DNA of 64,000 nucleotides from assembly GCA_000004695.1 (NCBI GenBank), contig CM000152.2, positions 3,840,001-3,904,000 on the forward strand, written 5' to 3'. The position numbers and the translations under genes are program-made. Below the pieces are notes generated by a model. That model was not told the DNA's origin, did no database searches, and saw only the letters and a program-made list of their open reading frames with translations. Positions within the stretch are counted from its first letter, which is position 1. Each line of letters opens with the position of its first letter. Shown one piece after another: positions 16,458-30,281 of the stretch. The DNA is from Dictyostelium discoideum. Its lineage: Eukaryota.

Positions 16458-16792
16458 GTAGTATTGGTAACAGTGGAAATTATAATCATATGAATAATAT
16501 AAATATTGGAAGTCATCATAGTAATCATCATAGTAATCATAATGGTCCAATTAATAATGGTAATTATCCAAATTATAGAGGTAATAATATTACAACTTCA
16601 CCAGTTGGTGTCACAGTTACACCACCAAAAGATCAAAAGAAAGCTGACTCTGTTGTAAATGTAAGGCGTCTTTTAAATGAATCACTTTGTTTAGTTGATT
16701 TAATTTGTAGTGGACCTGAAAAACAAAAAGAAAATGTTAAAAAGTTAAATGAAGCTTTAAAATCTTGTTTAAAAAATGTTAAAAACTTTTAA
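12474..16792 (+). CDS. ELMO-domain protein with ELMO1-like armadillo N-terminus and ankyrin repeats; 5 exons: 12474..12653, 12768..12923, 13141..13365, 13453..13749, 13847..16792
   Basis: All four introns are phase 0 with GTATGT/GTAAGT donors (12654, 12924, 13366, 13750) and AG acceptors (12767, 13140, 13452, 13846). The N-terminal exons align to the ELMO1 N-terminal region (GGLEHLQAIIKSESA / SVAFGILEILSVYPDF). The large exon carries the ELMO/CED-12 domain (WQIIGFQNKDPSSDFRGMGLAGLKHLIYLAQ). Ankyrin repeats follow (NSPLHSAIMNSM, GLTPLNLACS, GQNALHIAISKRNLHIITCLIQNGADP). The C-terminus is poly-Asn rich. Confidence 0.7.
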
Positions 16793-16977
16793 GTTAACTA
16801 ACTTAATAAATAAAAATAAAAAAAAAAAAAATTAAATAATTAAAAAATAATATTGAGTATAAATATGTGTTAACATTACAATTTATTACTTTATTATTAA
16901 TCAATATTTAATTGTTTTTAAAAGTTTTTTCTTTTATTTATTTTTAAATTTTTTTTTTTTTTATTTATTTATTTATT

Positions 16978-19184
16978 TTATTCTTGATTTTCACCTTCAC
17001 CTAATAATGGTGAATCAGAAGTTCTAGATTTATTAACCATTTTAGTCATAACATCTTCAAATTGAGAATATTCTTCAGAAGTTGGAGAAGAGAATTCACT
17101 TGAATCAAAGAGAGAGAGTGAACCACCAGAATCACCAACTAATATACGTTTACCATCATGACTCCAAGCAAGACGATTAACAGATCTATTTGAGATTTTA
17201 TGACGAAAGATTGGTGCTTCTAAATCTTGATTGAGATCCCAGAGTGAAAGTGTACCACTACCATCACCAGTTGAGAAAATAGATGGATGAACTGGTGACC
17301 AACGTGCATCATAAACGTAATCGACATAATCTTCAAAAGAGTAAAGTGGAGTCTCTTTTTTGGATGACCATAATTTACAAGTCCAATCTGTTGAAGAACT
17401 GAGGAAATATTGTGAGAAATCGGCACCACCCTTTGATGGATGTAAATCAACCGAGGTGATTGGACCAAAGTGTCCTTTATAACGTTCATTCATAACGATT
17501 CTATTACCATGACGACCAGCTTGACAAATGACACCCTCTTCAGTACCAATGTAGAAATGATTCAATTCATTCTCTGGGAACACTAAAGAAGTTACAGCGA
17601 TTGACATATTTGGTGCACCGCCACCACTACCACCGCCACCCGCTTTATTTGCAGAGTTTGTATTACTACTATTCAATTCTATGGTTTCTATTGGTTGTGA
17701 AAGATTTTCTAAATTCCATGAACATAATTTTGCATCGGTTGAAATTGATACCAAACTGTTTGCATTGGCACTACCAACAACTGCCATACTATAGACTGGA
17801 TGTGTATGACCAACACTTGATAATGGTGTTTTTTGTACTGGTTTTGCTTCAGCACGAGTATCCCAAATTACAATTTGACCTGAATATGTACCACCAACGA
17901 TTAATGTTGAATGAAATTTAGAGAAGAATGTTGTCATTACTGGTGACTAAATTAATTACAAAAAAAATAAAATAAATTAGTTTTAATCAAATTTTAACAT
18001 AATTAAATTTTGAAAAATTAAAACACACATACTTGACAAGTAAAAACATATTCTGGTTTTTGGAAATAATTATTAACACTCCAAACCAATGCAACACCAT
18101 CTGGGTCGTGTGAACCTGCTTCATTTGCAGAATATGATGATACAACTAATTCTGGATGTTTTGTTGACCAACTAATATCTGTAATTGATCTATGTTTAGT
18201 CCATCTTTCATCTGATAATGTTGCTAATAATTTAAGTTCTTTTGATGTTCCTTTTGAATTTCTAAAATAATAAAAAAAAAAAAAAATATTTAAATTAATT
18301 TATTAATTCATTATTATTATTAATAATTGATAGCTTACTCATCAGAAATTGTATAATCAACTAAAATATCAATAGAATCATCCAAACATAATGCTCTTTC
18401 AATAACTCTTGATGATCTTCCAAAAAATGATTTGAATGAGTCTGATTCTAAAATATCTTTCTTTTCATTTTCATCCAATTCTGGAATTTCAATTTCATCT
18501 TTATCGTCATCATCTATATTTGCACTATTGGCAACAGATGTTGATGAACCATCTCCATTGATTGAATCTGTACCAATTGATAAATTTTGCATATCTTGAT
18601 TGAGTGATGATTGCTGTTGTTGTTGTTGTTGTTGTTGTTGTTGTAATAATTGATATTTTGTTTTATTTTTATTTGGTGCTTCTAACTCTGGTGTATTATT
18701 TGTATTTGAAGTATCTGCATCTGTCATTGTTTGTGTACCTTTTGAATACATTGGTATTTCTTTTGGTGGAAAGTCATGTTCAATCACTAAACTTTGAATT
18801 GTTAATGTTGGTCTAATATAATTTGATTTTTGTGATTCTGCATGGGTTGATGTTGATATTGTCGATGATGATGATGGTGTTGCTTGTGTTGGTACCATTG
18901 AATCAATTGAATTCATAATTGAATTAAAATCCTCTTGTGCAACTGGTGGTGATGGTGTTGATGCTGTATTAAGTGTTGAAGTTGTTGTTGCTGTTGGTGT
19001 AGTTTTTGATGCCATGATTCTCTACATTAATTTTATAAAATTAATATAAAAATAATAAAAATAATAAAAATAAATGATATATGTAGAGATCTCTACATAC
19101 ATTTCTCTCTTTATACTCTTCGAGTTTTCTTCTCATTTCATTTTTGGTTTGCTCCAACTCTTTTTTCTTTTGATCTCTATCCAT
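16978..19184 (-). CDS. dicA: Cytoplasmic dynein intermediate chain, about 654 aa; 4 exons (minus strand): 19101..19184, 18339..19021, 18033..18261, 16978..17946
   Basis: Exon 1 encodes [28 protein letters not shown], the typical dynein IC coiled-coil N-terminus, with a GTATGT donor. Exon 2 contains the conserved [13 protein letters not shown]...VDYTISDE region, with a GTAAGC donor in phase 2. Exon 3 encodes [21 protein letters not shown]. Exon 4 is the WD40 block ([34 protein letters not shown]). All phases are consistent. Confidence 0.8.
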
Positions 19185-19773
19185 TTTTTAATTTTTAGGT
19201 ATATATTGTTGTTGGTTAAAATGAAAAAAAAAAATACAAAAAAAAAAAAAAAAAAATACTGTTATTTATTTAAATATAATTAATTTATTGTTTATTTATT
19301 TATTTTTTTTTTGAAAAACTTAATAAATAAATGATTAATTGAAAAATATTGAAAACACAATGAATTAAGGTTTTGGAAATCAATCGACTGGTTTGTGATG
19401 ATGTTACAAAATTTCTATTATTGATTTTGAATTTTTTTTTTTTTTTTTTTTTTTATTTTTATTTTTTTTTTTTTTTTTAATTTTTTTTTTATTTTTTTTT
19501 TTTATTTTTAATTTATTTGAAATGAAATCACAAAAATTAAAAAAAAAAAAAAAAAAATTAAAAAAATCAAAAAAGTCCAATAAAATAAAAAAATGATTAA
19601 GACGAAATTAACCTTATTAAGAGAAGATAGATTATTTTAAACTTTTGTTGTTTGTTTTTTTTTTTTCTTTGATTTTTTAATTTTTGAAAAAATAAAAAAA
19701 AAAAAAAACAAAAACAAATAAAATGGAATAAATTATTAAATTATCAAATATCACACAAAATAAATCTAATAAA

Positions 19774-20384
19774 ATGAATTTTAATGATGATAAATTAGAC
19801 CAAGGTCAAGTTAAAAATAATAATAACAATCATTTTCAACCACAACAACAACAACAAAAACATTTTAAAGGTACGAATAATGGTATTAGGAATTTCAATG
19901 ATTTAAAAGTTGAATTCGAACATATTAGAAATAATTTAATATCATTAGAATCAGAGATATCTAAAGGAAAAAGAGATAAACAACCCTTTAAGAATAATTG
20001 TGATAACCAATTATTGGTAAGAAATTTAAAATAAATAAAAAAAATAAAAAAATAAAAAAACACTTTATTAATTTCCCTATTTACGTGTATATTTTATTGT
20101 GTTTTTAATATTAAAGATTAAAAATCAAGAATTAAAAAATCAAATTAGAAAATATAAAGAAAATGAAAATTTATCCGAGAAAAGATTATCACTTCAAGAG
20201 AAATATCTTGATGAATATAAATCAAATTTTAATAGAATCCAAGAAGAAATAATACAAATTCAAGAATCAATTAATAATTATAAAGAACTTTGTTTGTATT
20301 ATTATTATTATTATTACAAATTAATATTTAATTAATTCAAAATTCTAATATTATTATATACATTTTTATTTTATTTTATTTTTA

Positions 20385-20425
<41 letters not shown>

Positions 20426-20817
20426 ATAAAAAATCAGTTAATCTTCAAAATATTTTAGATAATGATAGAAATAAAACTGAAAAGATAATAATAGAATTGA
20501 AAACTGAAAATAAGAAATTAATTGAAGAAAATAATAAATCAAATAAAGATATTCAACAATTAAAAGAAGAGAATAAACAATTACAACAACTATTGAATGA
20601 TAGAGATAAACAACTTGAAGCTGTAAATCTATCATTTGGTCAACACATATCATCCACTTCAAAGCAATTTAATGATTCATATACCATTATCAATAAATTA
20701 GAAGATCAATTAACAAAACAAATTAAACACTATGATGATCTAAATAATATTGATAATATTGAAATAAATTTAGATATAACCAGTAATAATAATTCTAATC
20801 CAAATTATTTTCAATAA
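19774..20817 (+). CDS. Coiled-coil protein of unknown function, about 270 aa; 3 exons: 19774..20016, 20117..20296, 20425..20817
   Basis: ORFs 19774.., 20099.. and 20497.. are linked by phase-0 introns. The donors are GTAAGA at 20017 and a weak GTATTA at 20297; the acceptors are AG at 20116 and 20424. The sequence is heptad-rich (ELKNQIRKYKENENLSEKRLSLQEKYLDEYK; KKLIEENNKSNKDIQQLKEENKQLQQLLNDRDKQLE). The second donor is weak, hence the moderate confidence. Confidence 0.5.
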
Positions 20818-21061
20818 AAAAAAAAAAAAACTTTTTATTTGCTATCCACAACAGCAATATTTATTTATTTATTTTGTTTTAATTATTAAAAATATTGTTT
20901 TTACATGTTTATTAATTATTGTGTTTACTTTTTTTTTTATAATAATTGTTCTTTTTCTTTTTTTTTTTTTTTTTATTAATACCATAAAAGGGTTATTTGA
21001 ACTATTATAATTGTTATTATCATTATTTTATATTATATTATATTTGTTTATTTTATTTTAA

Positions 21062-21547
21062 TTATTTCTTTTTTCCATTTAATTTATCAGCTTCATCGTT
21101 AAGTTCCTCTTTAAAACTTTCAAATAAGTGAGTGAAATAGTTTTTACTTTGTGGTTTATTATCATTAGTACTATTGTTGTTATTACTGCTTCTACTACTA
21201 CTACTATCACCACCACCTCCATTTTGCTGTAATCTTCTTTGTTGTTCATATATTCTTGCATTTTCATGAATATCATTTGTATATTTTACATTTTGGAAAT
21301 TAATATTATTATTGTTATTATGATTTATATTTGAGTGGGCACCTGAATGTGGGTGATTACTACTACGAGTATGATTATTATGACCATGTATATTCCTTTT
21401 TGCTGGTTTTTCACCTGTAATTTCATCCATTTTATCTTTAAATTGAACCGACATTTGTTGAAATTGTTTATTGCTTGCCAATTTATCAACTAATTTCTTT
21501 TGAACAATATCTAAAACTGCTCCTTGTAATATTTTTTGAATAATCAT
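21062..21547 (-). CDS. Hypothetical protein, 161 aa: possible amphipathic N-terminal helix followed by His/Asn-rich low complexity
   Basis: Single ORF with a conserved-looking N-terminus (MIIQKILQGAVLDIVQKKLVDKLASNKQFQQMSVQF). It has a faint resemblance to the OPA3-type N-terminal region, which I cannot confirm. An unrecognised upstream exon is possible. Confidence 0.4.
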   Translation of the reverse strand: MIIQKILQGAVLDIVQKKLVDKLASNKQFQQMSVQFKDKMDEITGEKPAKRNIHGHNNHTRSSNHPHSGAHSNINHNNNNNINFQNVKYTNDIHENARIYEQQRRLQQNGGGGDSSSSRSSNNNNSTNDNKPQSKNYFTHLFESFKEELNDEADKLNGKKK

Positions 21548-21999
21548 TTCCTATTAAACTATAATATATTTATTATATTTATATTTATATATATTTTCTT
21601 ATGTATTTTTTATTAAAAACAGCTATAACAACTAATAATAATAATTTTTGGTTGTGGTGTTGTCGTTTTTTTTTTTTTTTTTTTTTTGTTTTTTTGGAAA
21701 AAAACAAAAAATAAATTAAAAAAATAAAAATAAAAAAAAAAATAAAAATAAAAAAAAAAATAAAATTTTTTTTTGGGGATAAAATTAAAATTAAAAAAAA
21801 AAAAGTATTGCTTTATTTCCTATTTTAGAATTCCATCAAAAACTAGATTTATTTTTTGTTTTATTTTTCTTTTTTTTAAAAAAAAAAAGATATTTTTAAA
21901 AATGTTTAAATAAAATCTAGATTAAAAAATGTTGTTATTACAGTAATATTTTTTCGAATTTTTTTTATTTTTTTTTGGGTTTTGTTTTTTTTTTTAAAT

Positions 22000-22031
<32 letters not shown>

Positions 22032-22137
22032 TATTTTTTTAGTTTTTTAGTTTTTTTTTTTTCTTCTTTTTTCATTATTTATTTTATTTCTTTATATTTT
22101 TTTTTTAAAAAAAAAAAAAAAATAAAAAAAATAAAAA

Positions 22138-25100
22138 ATGGAAATTGAATTTATACAAAATTTGGAAAAATTTTGTATAGGATTACAATCAAATAAAAGT
22201 AATGAAAGGGAAACATCAGAACAATCAATTCTTACATTAATGAAAACTCCACAACCATATAAATTATGTTTTAATTTATTATCAAAAAGCAATTTAACAA
22301 TTGCACATTTTTATGGATTATTAATGATCAGAGATAGTGCAATTAGGGAATGGGCAGCATTAGATAGTCAAACTAAAATAATGATTATTGAAACTTTATT
22401 TCAATATATTGAAAATATGAACTCTATGAATTTTTTAAATTATGCTACCAAAGGTCAATCATTTAATACACTTGGTGTAATTATTAAAAGAAGTTGGTTA
22501 GATAATGAAAAGTATGAGATTGGAAAAGGACAAATGGAGTTAAACCAAATAGTTATGGACAGAGTTTACCAATACATTGATAGTGGTTCACCAGATAGAA
22601 TTGAAATTAGTATTAAAATCATTGGTTCGTTAATTATAGAATTCTCATCGTCGAGTAAAGCAGCACATATTCAATTGAGTTGGGAATTTCATCAAAAGTG
22701 TTTAATTACATTTCAAAACTTACATTTACAACCAATCTTTAGAAAGGTTTTAGAATTATTACAACAATTCAAAGACCATATCCAACAGGTACCATCAAGA
22801 TTAACCGATCAAAGTTTCTTACAAATTCTTTATACCTCTGTGAAAGTATTTACCGATATTTTAGATTGGAGATTCTTAGAATCTGGTTCATCAGTATTAG
22901 CATACATTACAAGTTTTAGTGGTGGTAGAACAAATCTTAAACCAACAATCGAATGGATTTCATTATTCACCCCATCACAAAGTGGAGGAGGTATATCACC
23001 AATTGTTTCATTAGTATTTGGATTATATCAATTGGTTGAAAAAGTTGAAAAGATACCAAATTTATTACGTCATGCTATGAGTCAACTATGTGGTTTACAA
23101 GGACCAATTATTAAGGATCAAAAAATTAAGAATCAATATTTAAGTGAAGTTTTAACATTTACAAATAAATTAATTGAAAAATCAATTACTACAAGAAATT
23201 GGAATGAAATGGAAGATATTTCAAATATAATTTATAAATTTTGTAATACTTATAAATTTAGTGGTATTGCATGTTTACCAAATCAGATTGTTATACCATT
23301 CCTTCAATATACAACACAATTTGTATTGTCATCGTTGAATTTAATGAAAATTTGGGCAAAACATGGTGAAGAGGAATTGGAGGAAGAGTTTGAAAATGAT
23401 TGTTTCGATATTTTATTACGTTCATTCGTTTCATTGATATCCGATGCAGAGATGTTAATTAATCGTAAGAGGGTTGACCAATTGGAAAACTTTAAAGAAC
23501 AATATCAAGTACTCAAACAATGTACTTCCCAAATCTACCAAAACTACATTCAATCAAGATTGGAACTATCAGAAATTGAAATTAATAAATCCAATGAAGA
23601 GTTAGAACCAACCTGTAAAAGTAGAGGTGGTATTGGTGGTGCTGAAGATGAGATTGATGAAGATAAAAAGAAATATGATGAACAATTACGTTCAGTTGCA
23701 TATATTGGTAGATTAAATCCTGGTCAATCATTAGAACTATTAAAGAATGAAATTAATAGAGTCATAAATTCATTGAAGGAAAGAGTATCAGATCCTATCC
23801 TATTCGAATCACTTCATTGGTTATTAATTTTCGCAGGTCATTTAATTTTCGATGCTGAAAATAAAACACCATCTGCTATTCCAAATGCAATTGAAGATTA
23901 TACATTTGAACAATGTAAATTGACACCAGCATCTCAAGTTGATGGTGTTATTGATTTATGTAATGCGGTTTTCAGATTTCATATGGAATATGAAAATCCA
24001 TTATTAAACAATGGTAAAATGGACACCATATCACCACTAGTCTCACAAACTAGTCTTTGGTTTACCAGTGGTTGGAGTTTAGTTTATTTATTACCATCAA
24101 GTGTATTCAATGTTCAAATATCACCAAAAATCATTGAAGCATATGGAACTGAACAACCTTTATTATCAATTACCGATTATTTCATTAATAAAATTTTATT
24201 GAATTTGAAATGTTGGTCTGGTGATTTAGATGTTTTAAAGGCAACATCAAATCTATTAAATAGTTTCACATTGAATAAAGAACTTTGTAAATATTTAATT
24301 AGATCACCAAACTGGTCAAGATTATTCTTTTTAGAGGGTATTTCATTACTACCACCATCAGTGTATGGTCAATTATTTAAAGCATTCTCTAGAGTGGTTT
24401 TCTCATTCCCACTTTCAACACGTAGAGAATATTTCATTCAATTGGTTAAAACATTGGTTGAACAAATGGATGGTGTATTGGGTAGAGCAGATTTTACAAA
24501 GATTTCACAAGAGGCTAAAATCAAAGAAAACATTTATATCCTCCTCGAGAAATTGAATGGTATAGTTAGTGTAAGTGAATCTGAATATGTAGATGATGAA
24601 GACGATTGTCTATTCCTTACAGTGGATTTATTCACAAAGTATGCCACCTCACTAATTGCAATGATACCACTCTATGATCATTGTAATGATATTGTATTAC
24701 TTATCCTACGTTTATTCTCAAATTTTACAAAACATCAATTGGAATATTTAAATCAAGATCGTGCTCGTTCAATTTTCCCATTAATAATTCAATTATTTAA
24801 TTCAGTTGCAACCACTTCATCTCATAAGAAAACTTTAGATTCAAAAGAATATTATCATAGAGTTAGAATGATGGTTAAAATTTTAACAAATATTATTACA
24901 TTTGGTGATCAAAGAAATAATTGTCCAACTATTATTTCTGAAACAATTTTTCATGCTATAAATATAATTACACCATGTTTATCAAATAATGATTTATTAT
25001 TAGTAAGTTTTATTATTAATTATAATTAATAATAATAATATATATATATTAACCTTTTATTTTTTTTTTTATTTTTTTTTAAATAAAAAAAGTATCCAAA

Positions 25101-25629
25101 ATTAGCAAGAAATTATTTTATGATTACATCATTTTTATTTGGTGCAGATAATATTCAAGTAAAGAATATACCAGTAATTAATACAATTTATTCATTAATT
25201 GAAGCTGGTATACTTCATCATGATTTAGAGATTGTTAAATCATGTTTTGAATGTATTGGTTGTTTAACTAAAAGTTTAGAGAATAGTAAAGAGAAATCTG
25301 GTGGATTAGTCGATCCTCATTATCAAAGTGTACTCATTCAATTCATTGGTTCAGTTATTAATTTCTTATTACTTCAAGATTTTAATGTCGATGAATTATT
25401 ATCAGTTGCTTCTGAAACTTTATTCTCTTTAATGTATTCTTCACCAGATGGTTATAGATCAAAAGTAATTGAATTAATCACTCGTCAAGATCCATCAATT
25501 CAATCAAGAGTAGTACAACAATTTGAAACTCTTACTATAATTGGTACTGATAGAAAATCAAAAGATTTATTTATGAAAAATTTACAAAATTTCTTAGTAA
25601 ATGTAAAATCATTAATTAATAAAAAATAA
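22138..25629 (+). CDS. xpo4: Exportin-4 homologue, about 1134 aa; 2 exons: 22138..25002, 25093..25629
   Basis: EFSSSSKAAHIQLSWEFHQKCLITFQNLHLQPIFRKVLELLQQF aligns to the human XPO4 segment SEFSSSSKTSNIGLSMEFHGNCKRVF...VLQEF. The intron is phase 0, with a GTAAGT donor at 25003 and AG at 25091-92. The joined C-terminus LLL|YPKLARNYFMITSFLFG matches the XPO4 sequence LLKFPTLCNQYYKLITFICE. Confidence 0.8.
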
Positions 25630-25706
25630 AAAATATTATTATTGTTATTATTATTATTATTTTAATTTAAAATAAATTTTATTTTATTTTTGTGTTTTTT
25701 ATTTAT

Positions 25707-26767
25707 TTATAATAATTTTTTAATTTGATTTTCTAATTTAACTAAATCTTCAGCAAATTTACGAATACCTTCACCAGTTTTGAAATAGGCCATTTCATTA
25801 TCATTTAATTCCCAAAGGAAGTTACTATGAGATACATCAAGTTTATTTGGTATATCTGATGGGAGTTTAGTTGAATCTAATTTTTTAGTTACTAAAGAAG
25901 CATCGGCATTCTTTAACTCTTCTAAAAGGTTTGGTGAGATGGTGAGTAAATCACAACCGGCCAATTCAATGGTTTGTTCTTTATTTCTGAATGAAGCACC
26001 CATGACAGAGGTTTTGTAACCATGCTTCTTAAAGTAGGAATAGATTTGTTGAACAGAGATAACACCTGGGTCTTTTGAAGCTTCAAAACCGGCGACACCT
26101 TGTTTAGATTTATAGAAATCAGTGATACGACCAACGAATGGACTAATTAAGGTGACTTGGGCCTCGGCACAAGCAGCTGCTTGAATTAATGAGAATAACA
26201 ATGTGAGATTACAATGAATACCTTCCTTTTCTAAGATTTTGGCGGCTTCAATACCTTCCCAGGTTGATGCTAATTTAATGAGAACACGTTCTTTATCAAT
26301 ACCAGCTTCTTTGTAGAGTGCAATTAATTCACGACCTTTCTTTACATTTGCGTCGATATCATATGAAAGACGTGCATCAACTTCAGTTGAAACACGACCT
26401 GGTACAATCTTTAAAATTTCAACACCAAAGTTTACAAATAATTTATCGATTGCCAATGATAACTTTTCTTTTTCACTTAAACCACTCTTTGCATTAACAT
26501 ATTTAATAGCGTCATCAATTAATGATTTATATTTTGGATCACTTGCTGCTTGGAAAACTAATGATGGATTGGTTGTTGAATCTTGTGAACCATATTTTGA
26601 TAAAACATCAAAATCTGCTGTATCTGCAACCTGAAAAAAAAAAAAAAAAATTATTATTAATATTAAATAATATTTATTTATTTATTTATTTTTTAGTTTT
26701 TTGGAATTTTTTTTTTTTTACTTACAACAGTGGTATATTTTTTTAATTCTTCTAATGCGTTTGACAT
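25707..26767 (-). CDS. Transaldolase, 321 aa; 2 exons (minus): 26726..26767 and 25707..26630
   Basis: Exon 1 encodes MSNALEELKKYTTV with a GTAAGT donor at 26725-26720. Exon 2 follows a TTTCAG acceptor and begins VADTADFDVLSKYGSQDSTTNPSL..., the canonical transaldolase N-terminus. The rest carries the Schiff-base Lys region (ERVLIKLASTWEGI) and ...TISPNLLEEL. Total length equals typical eukaryotic transaldolase. Confidence 0.85.
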
Positions 26768-27096
26768 TTCTGTTTTAATATTGTAAGTATGAGTTATTAA
26801 TTATAATTAAAAAAAAAAAAAAAAAAAAAAAAAATTAAATTTCAAAAAAAAAAAAAAAATAAAAAAAAAAAAAATAAAAAAAAAAATTAAATTAAATTAA
26901 ATTACTTTTTTTTTTTTTTTTTGAGCAGTTCAAGAACAGAATAATTTGTTCGGGGTGTTTCAAAAATAAGAAGATATTTATTTTGTTTATTTTTATTTTT
27001 TATTATTTTTTTTTTTATTTTTTTTTTTTTCCTCTATTCATGAATAGAAAAATTATTTTTTATTTTTCGTGTGGCTATCAATAATATTTCAGAAAT

Positions 27097-27510
27097 TCAA
27101 ATAAACTTGTACCAAACACCGGAATGATTTTTTTTTAATTCGACAATGAAACTATTTTCCGAAATTAATATTCCATAATTTTCATATGAAATTTCATTTG
27201 TAATTGGTATTGTGATTTTTTTGATTTCTTCATTATTAATTATATAAGTTATTGAATTATTTTTTAATAAAATTGAATCTTTTTTTATATTATTTTGATT
27301 TTCATAAATTATGAAATTAATTGAATCATTATTTTGTTTAATTATATATTGAGGTATTGAGGATGAATTTGTATGATATTTAATAGTTTGAGGTATAAAT
27401 GTTAATGATGGTAAATCATTTCTTGGTTCTGTAATTGATGATGATCCAAATCCAAGTTTATCTAATTCTTTTATAATTGATGATGATGAATCTTTATTAT
27501 TTTCATTTTG

Positions 27511-27581
<71 letters not shown>

Positions 27582-28776
27582 GATCATGGTGATGATGACT
27601 ATGATTATCATCATCTATTACCTTTAATTTTAAATTTAAATTTTTTTTAACTTTATTAAATTTTGCAATTGGTTCATCTTCAACATGATGTTTTAAAAGT
27701 ACTTCCAAATTATATTTAACATTATCTTCTCTAACTATTAATTTTTCATTATCTTCAATTTCTAAAATTAATTCATTTATATTATCCTTTTTTTTTTTTA
27801 AAAAAAATATTAGTAATTTGAATATTTTTTTTTTAAAAAATGAAAAAAAAAAAAAAAAACTTACTAATCTTTTTAAATTAATATTAAATTCAATAAATTT
27901 TGGAATTATAATTGGATTTTCTAAAATTTTATTATCAATACCAATATTTTGAATTGTGAAAACTGGTCTATAGTAACCTGAACCATCTTCTAATAATTGT
28001 TCATTTGGTGGTGGTTCTTGATATTTAATATTACTATTTTCAATTGGTTCATCTACAATTGTAACATGAAATTCTTTTGGAAATTGTTTTTTTGATATTT
28101 TAATTGCAGCAATGTTTAATGATTCTTTATACTTTTGATAAATTGCTTGCATTGAAGTTTGAATTAGTAATCTATTTAATGAAACTTGTTTAGTCGATTC
28201 ATTGTAAGTATCAGTACCAAATATAATATGATAAACTTTATAGAATGGACTTGTGAATGTATGTTGCTGCTTTTCAACTTCAAATAAACTATAAGGTATT
28301 ATCCATCCTTTATCCTCTGTCATTGATGCCATACCAATCGTTGGATAATGTGAACACATAACATAAACTCTATCATTCTTATCACTATGTGTTTTAAAAC
28401 AAAATCCACTTATACTTTTAACTTTTTTAGTTTTAATTTTATTTACACTTTCTTTTTCTTTTTCTTTTTCTTTTTCTTTTGGTTGTGGTGGTGGTTGTGG
28501 TTGTGGTTGAGTTTCGTTATTCGTATTTTTATTTGTATCTGTTGGTGTTGTTATAACTTTGGTGGTTTTTGTACTGTTTTGTTCAGATTCATTTAATTTT
28601 TCAACTACATCATAGTATTCTAAAAGAGTTGATAAAATATTAGGATCTTGAAATGTTTGTTGTAAATCTTTAAGATTCTAATTTTATAATATTAATATAA
28701 TTAAGAAATGAAAAAATATATATATATATATCACATGGTTACTTACTTTTTCTGTGAAATTAAAATTTTTGTCCAT
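27097..28776 (-). CDS. PIH1-domain protein (Pih1/Kintoun family), about 510 aa; 3 exons (minus): 28747..28776, 27865..28677, 27097..27786
   Basis: Exon 1 encodes MDKNFNFTEK with a GTAAGT donor. Exon 2 contains GFCFKTHSDKNDRVYVMCSHYPTIGM...IPYSLFEVEKQQ...YKVYHIIFGTDTY, which matches the PIH1 N-terminal domain signature (GFCIKT...KVFINICHS...IP.SLGEP...YDV). The intron at 27787..27864 runs GTAAGT...AG and is phase 0. Exon 3 is His/Asn-rich followed by a beta-rich tail, possibly CS-like. Confidence 0.6.
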
Positions 28777-28778
28777 TT

Positions 28779-28809
<31 letters not shown>

Positions 28810-29902
28810 ATAAAAAAAAAATCTGATAACCCAAAAAAAATTTTTTCATTTTTTTTTTCAAATTTTTTTTTTTCATTTCAAGCCAACAAATCTTCTCACT
28901 TTTTTGATCCTTTTTTTTTTATATGTATATATTTATTTATTTTATTTTAATCAAACACAGTTAAACTCAATTAACAAAATAAAATGAAATAAAAACTTAA
29001 TATCCAATTAAGATATTTTTTATCTTCCTTGAAAAGATAATTATTCAAATAATAAAAAAAACCTCTTTTTTTTTTTTTAATTATAAATCAACCAACAACT
29101 TAAAATAACCAATAATAGGAGAATACCTTTTTGGAATAATAATAATAGTAATAATATTTTTAAAAGGTATGATTTTGTGAATTTAAAAAAAAAAAAAAAA
29201 ATCAGAATAAAAGTAACACTATTTTATTTCTTATAATCTTAAAATTTATTGCCATCATTTTTAATTATAATAATATCAATCTCAATAACAATCACATATC
29301 AAATTGTTTAATTAATAGAAAAAGTTAACAGTTTTTTTTTTTTTTTTTTTGATTACTTCATTACTGGTAGTGTGGGGGTGGTTTTTTTTTTTTTTTATAT
29401 TGATAAATAAGGCAAATTAAATTAAAAATAAAAAAAAAATAAAAACAAAAAAATCAAATAATTTTATAGATGATTTCATACACTTTACTATTTAAATTCT
29501 TTTTTTTTTTTTTAATTTATTCTCATCGAAACCCCAATTTTTTATATTAACCGAATGTGTTATCATGCTAGGTTTAACAAGATTCATTATTTTTTTTTTT
29601 TAATTTATTTGAAAAAAAAACTAAAATATAAAAAAAAAAAAAAAAAAGAATAAAAAAATAATCAAAAAATTTACACTTTTATGTACATCGATTACATATG
29701 TGCCATATACAAATAATATTTAGTTATTTTTTTTATTTATTTTTTATTTTTTTTTTTTTTAATCAATTGTTTTTACCTAAAGTGTGAGTGTGAGTAAGAG
29801 AGAGTGTTAGTGGTTTAGTTTAGTATCTGTCAATTTGTTTGTATTTTTATAATAAAATTAAAATAAAATAAAATTTAATTTAATAATAATTAACAGATAA
29901 TA

Positions 29903-29947
<45 letters not shown>

Positions 29948-30079
29948 TTTAATTGGATTTTATAAAAAAAAAATAATACTAAAAAAAAAAATCAATCAAA
30001 TATTTATTTATTTATTAATTTATTGTTTATTTATATATGTATTATATTTGTTTATAAAAAAAAAAAAAAAATAATAATT

Positions 30080-30119
<40 letters not shown>

Positions 30120-30281
30120 AAGAAGTAATATTTTTTTTATTAATTTTTATTTAATTATTATTATTATTATTATTTTATTTTAAATCTTTTATTAATTTTT
30201 TAATTTTTATTTTATCTTAAAATTTTTTTTTTTTTTTTTTTATTTTTTTTTTTTATTTTTTTTATTTATTATTTAGAAAGA

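Noticed and set aside
15775-16540. ORFs 15775..15999(-), 16301..16540(-), 15105..15287(+)
   Set aside because: Antisense or alternate-frame reads of (AAT)n/poly-N tracts inside the ELMO/ankyrin gene.
17220-18816. ORFs 17220..17489(-), 17601..17921(+), 18604..18816(+)
   Set aside because: They overlap dynein intermediate chain exons in other frames or the other strand. The dynein intermediate chain reading has strong homology and the others have none.
24365-26134. ORFs 24365..24556(+) and 25922..26134(-)
   Set aside because: Alternate-frame ORFs nested inside the exportin-4 and transaldolase coding regions, without support.
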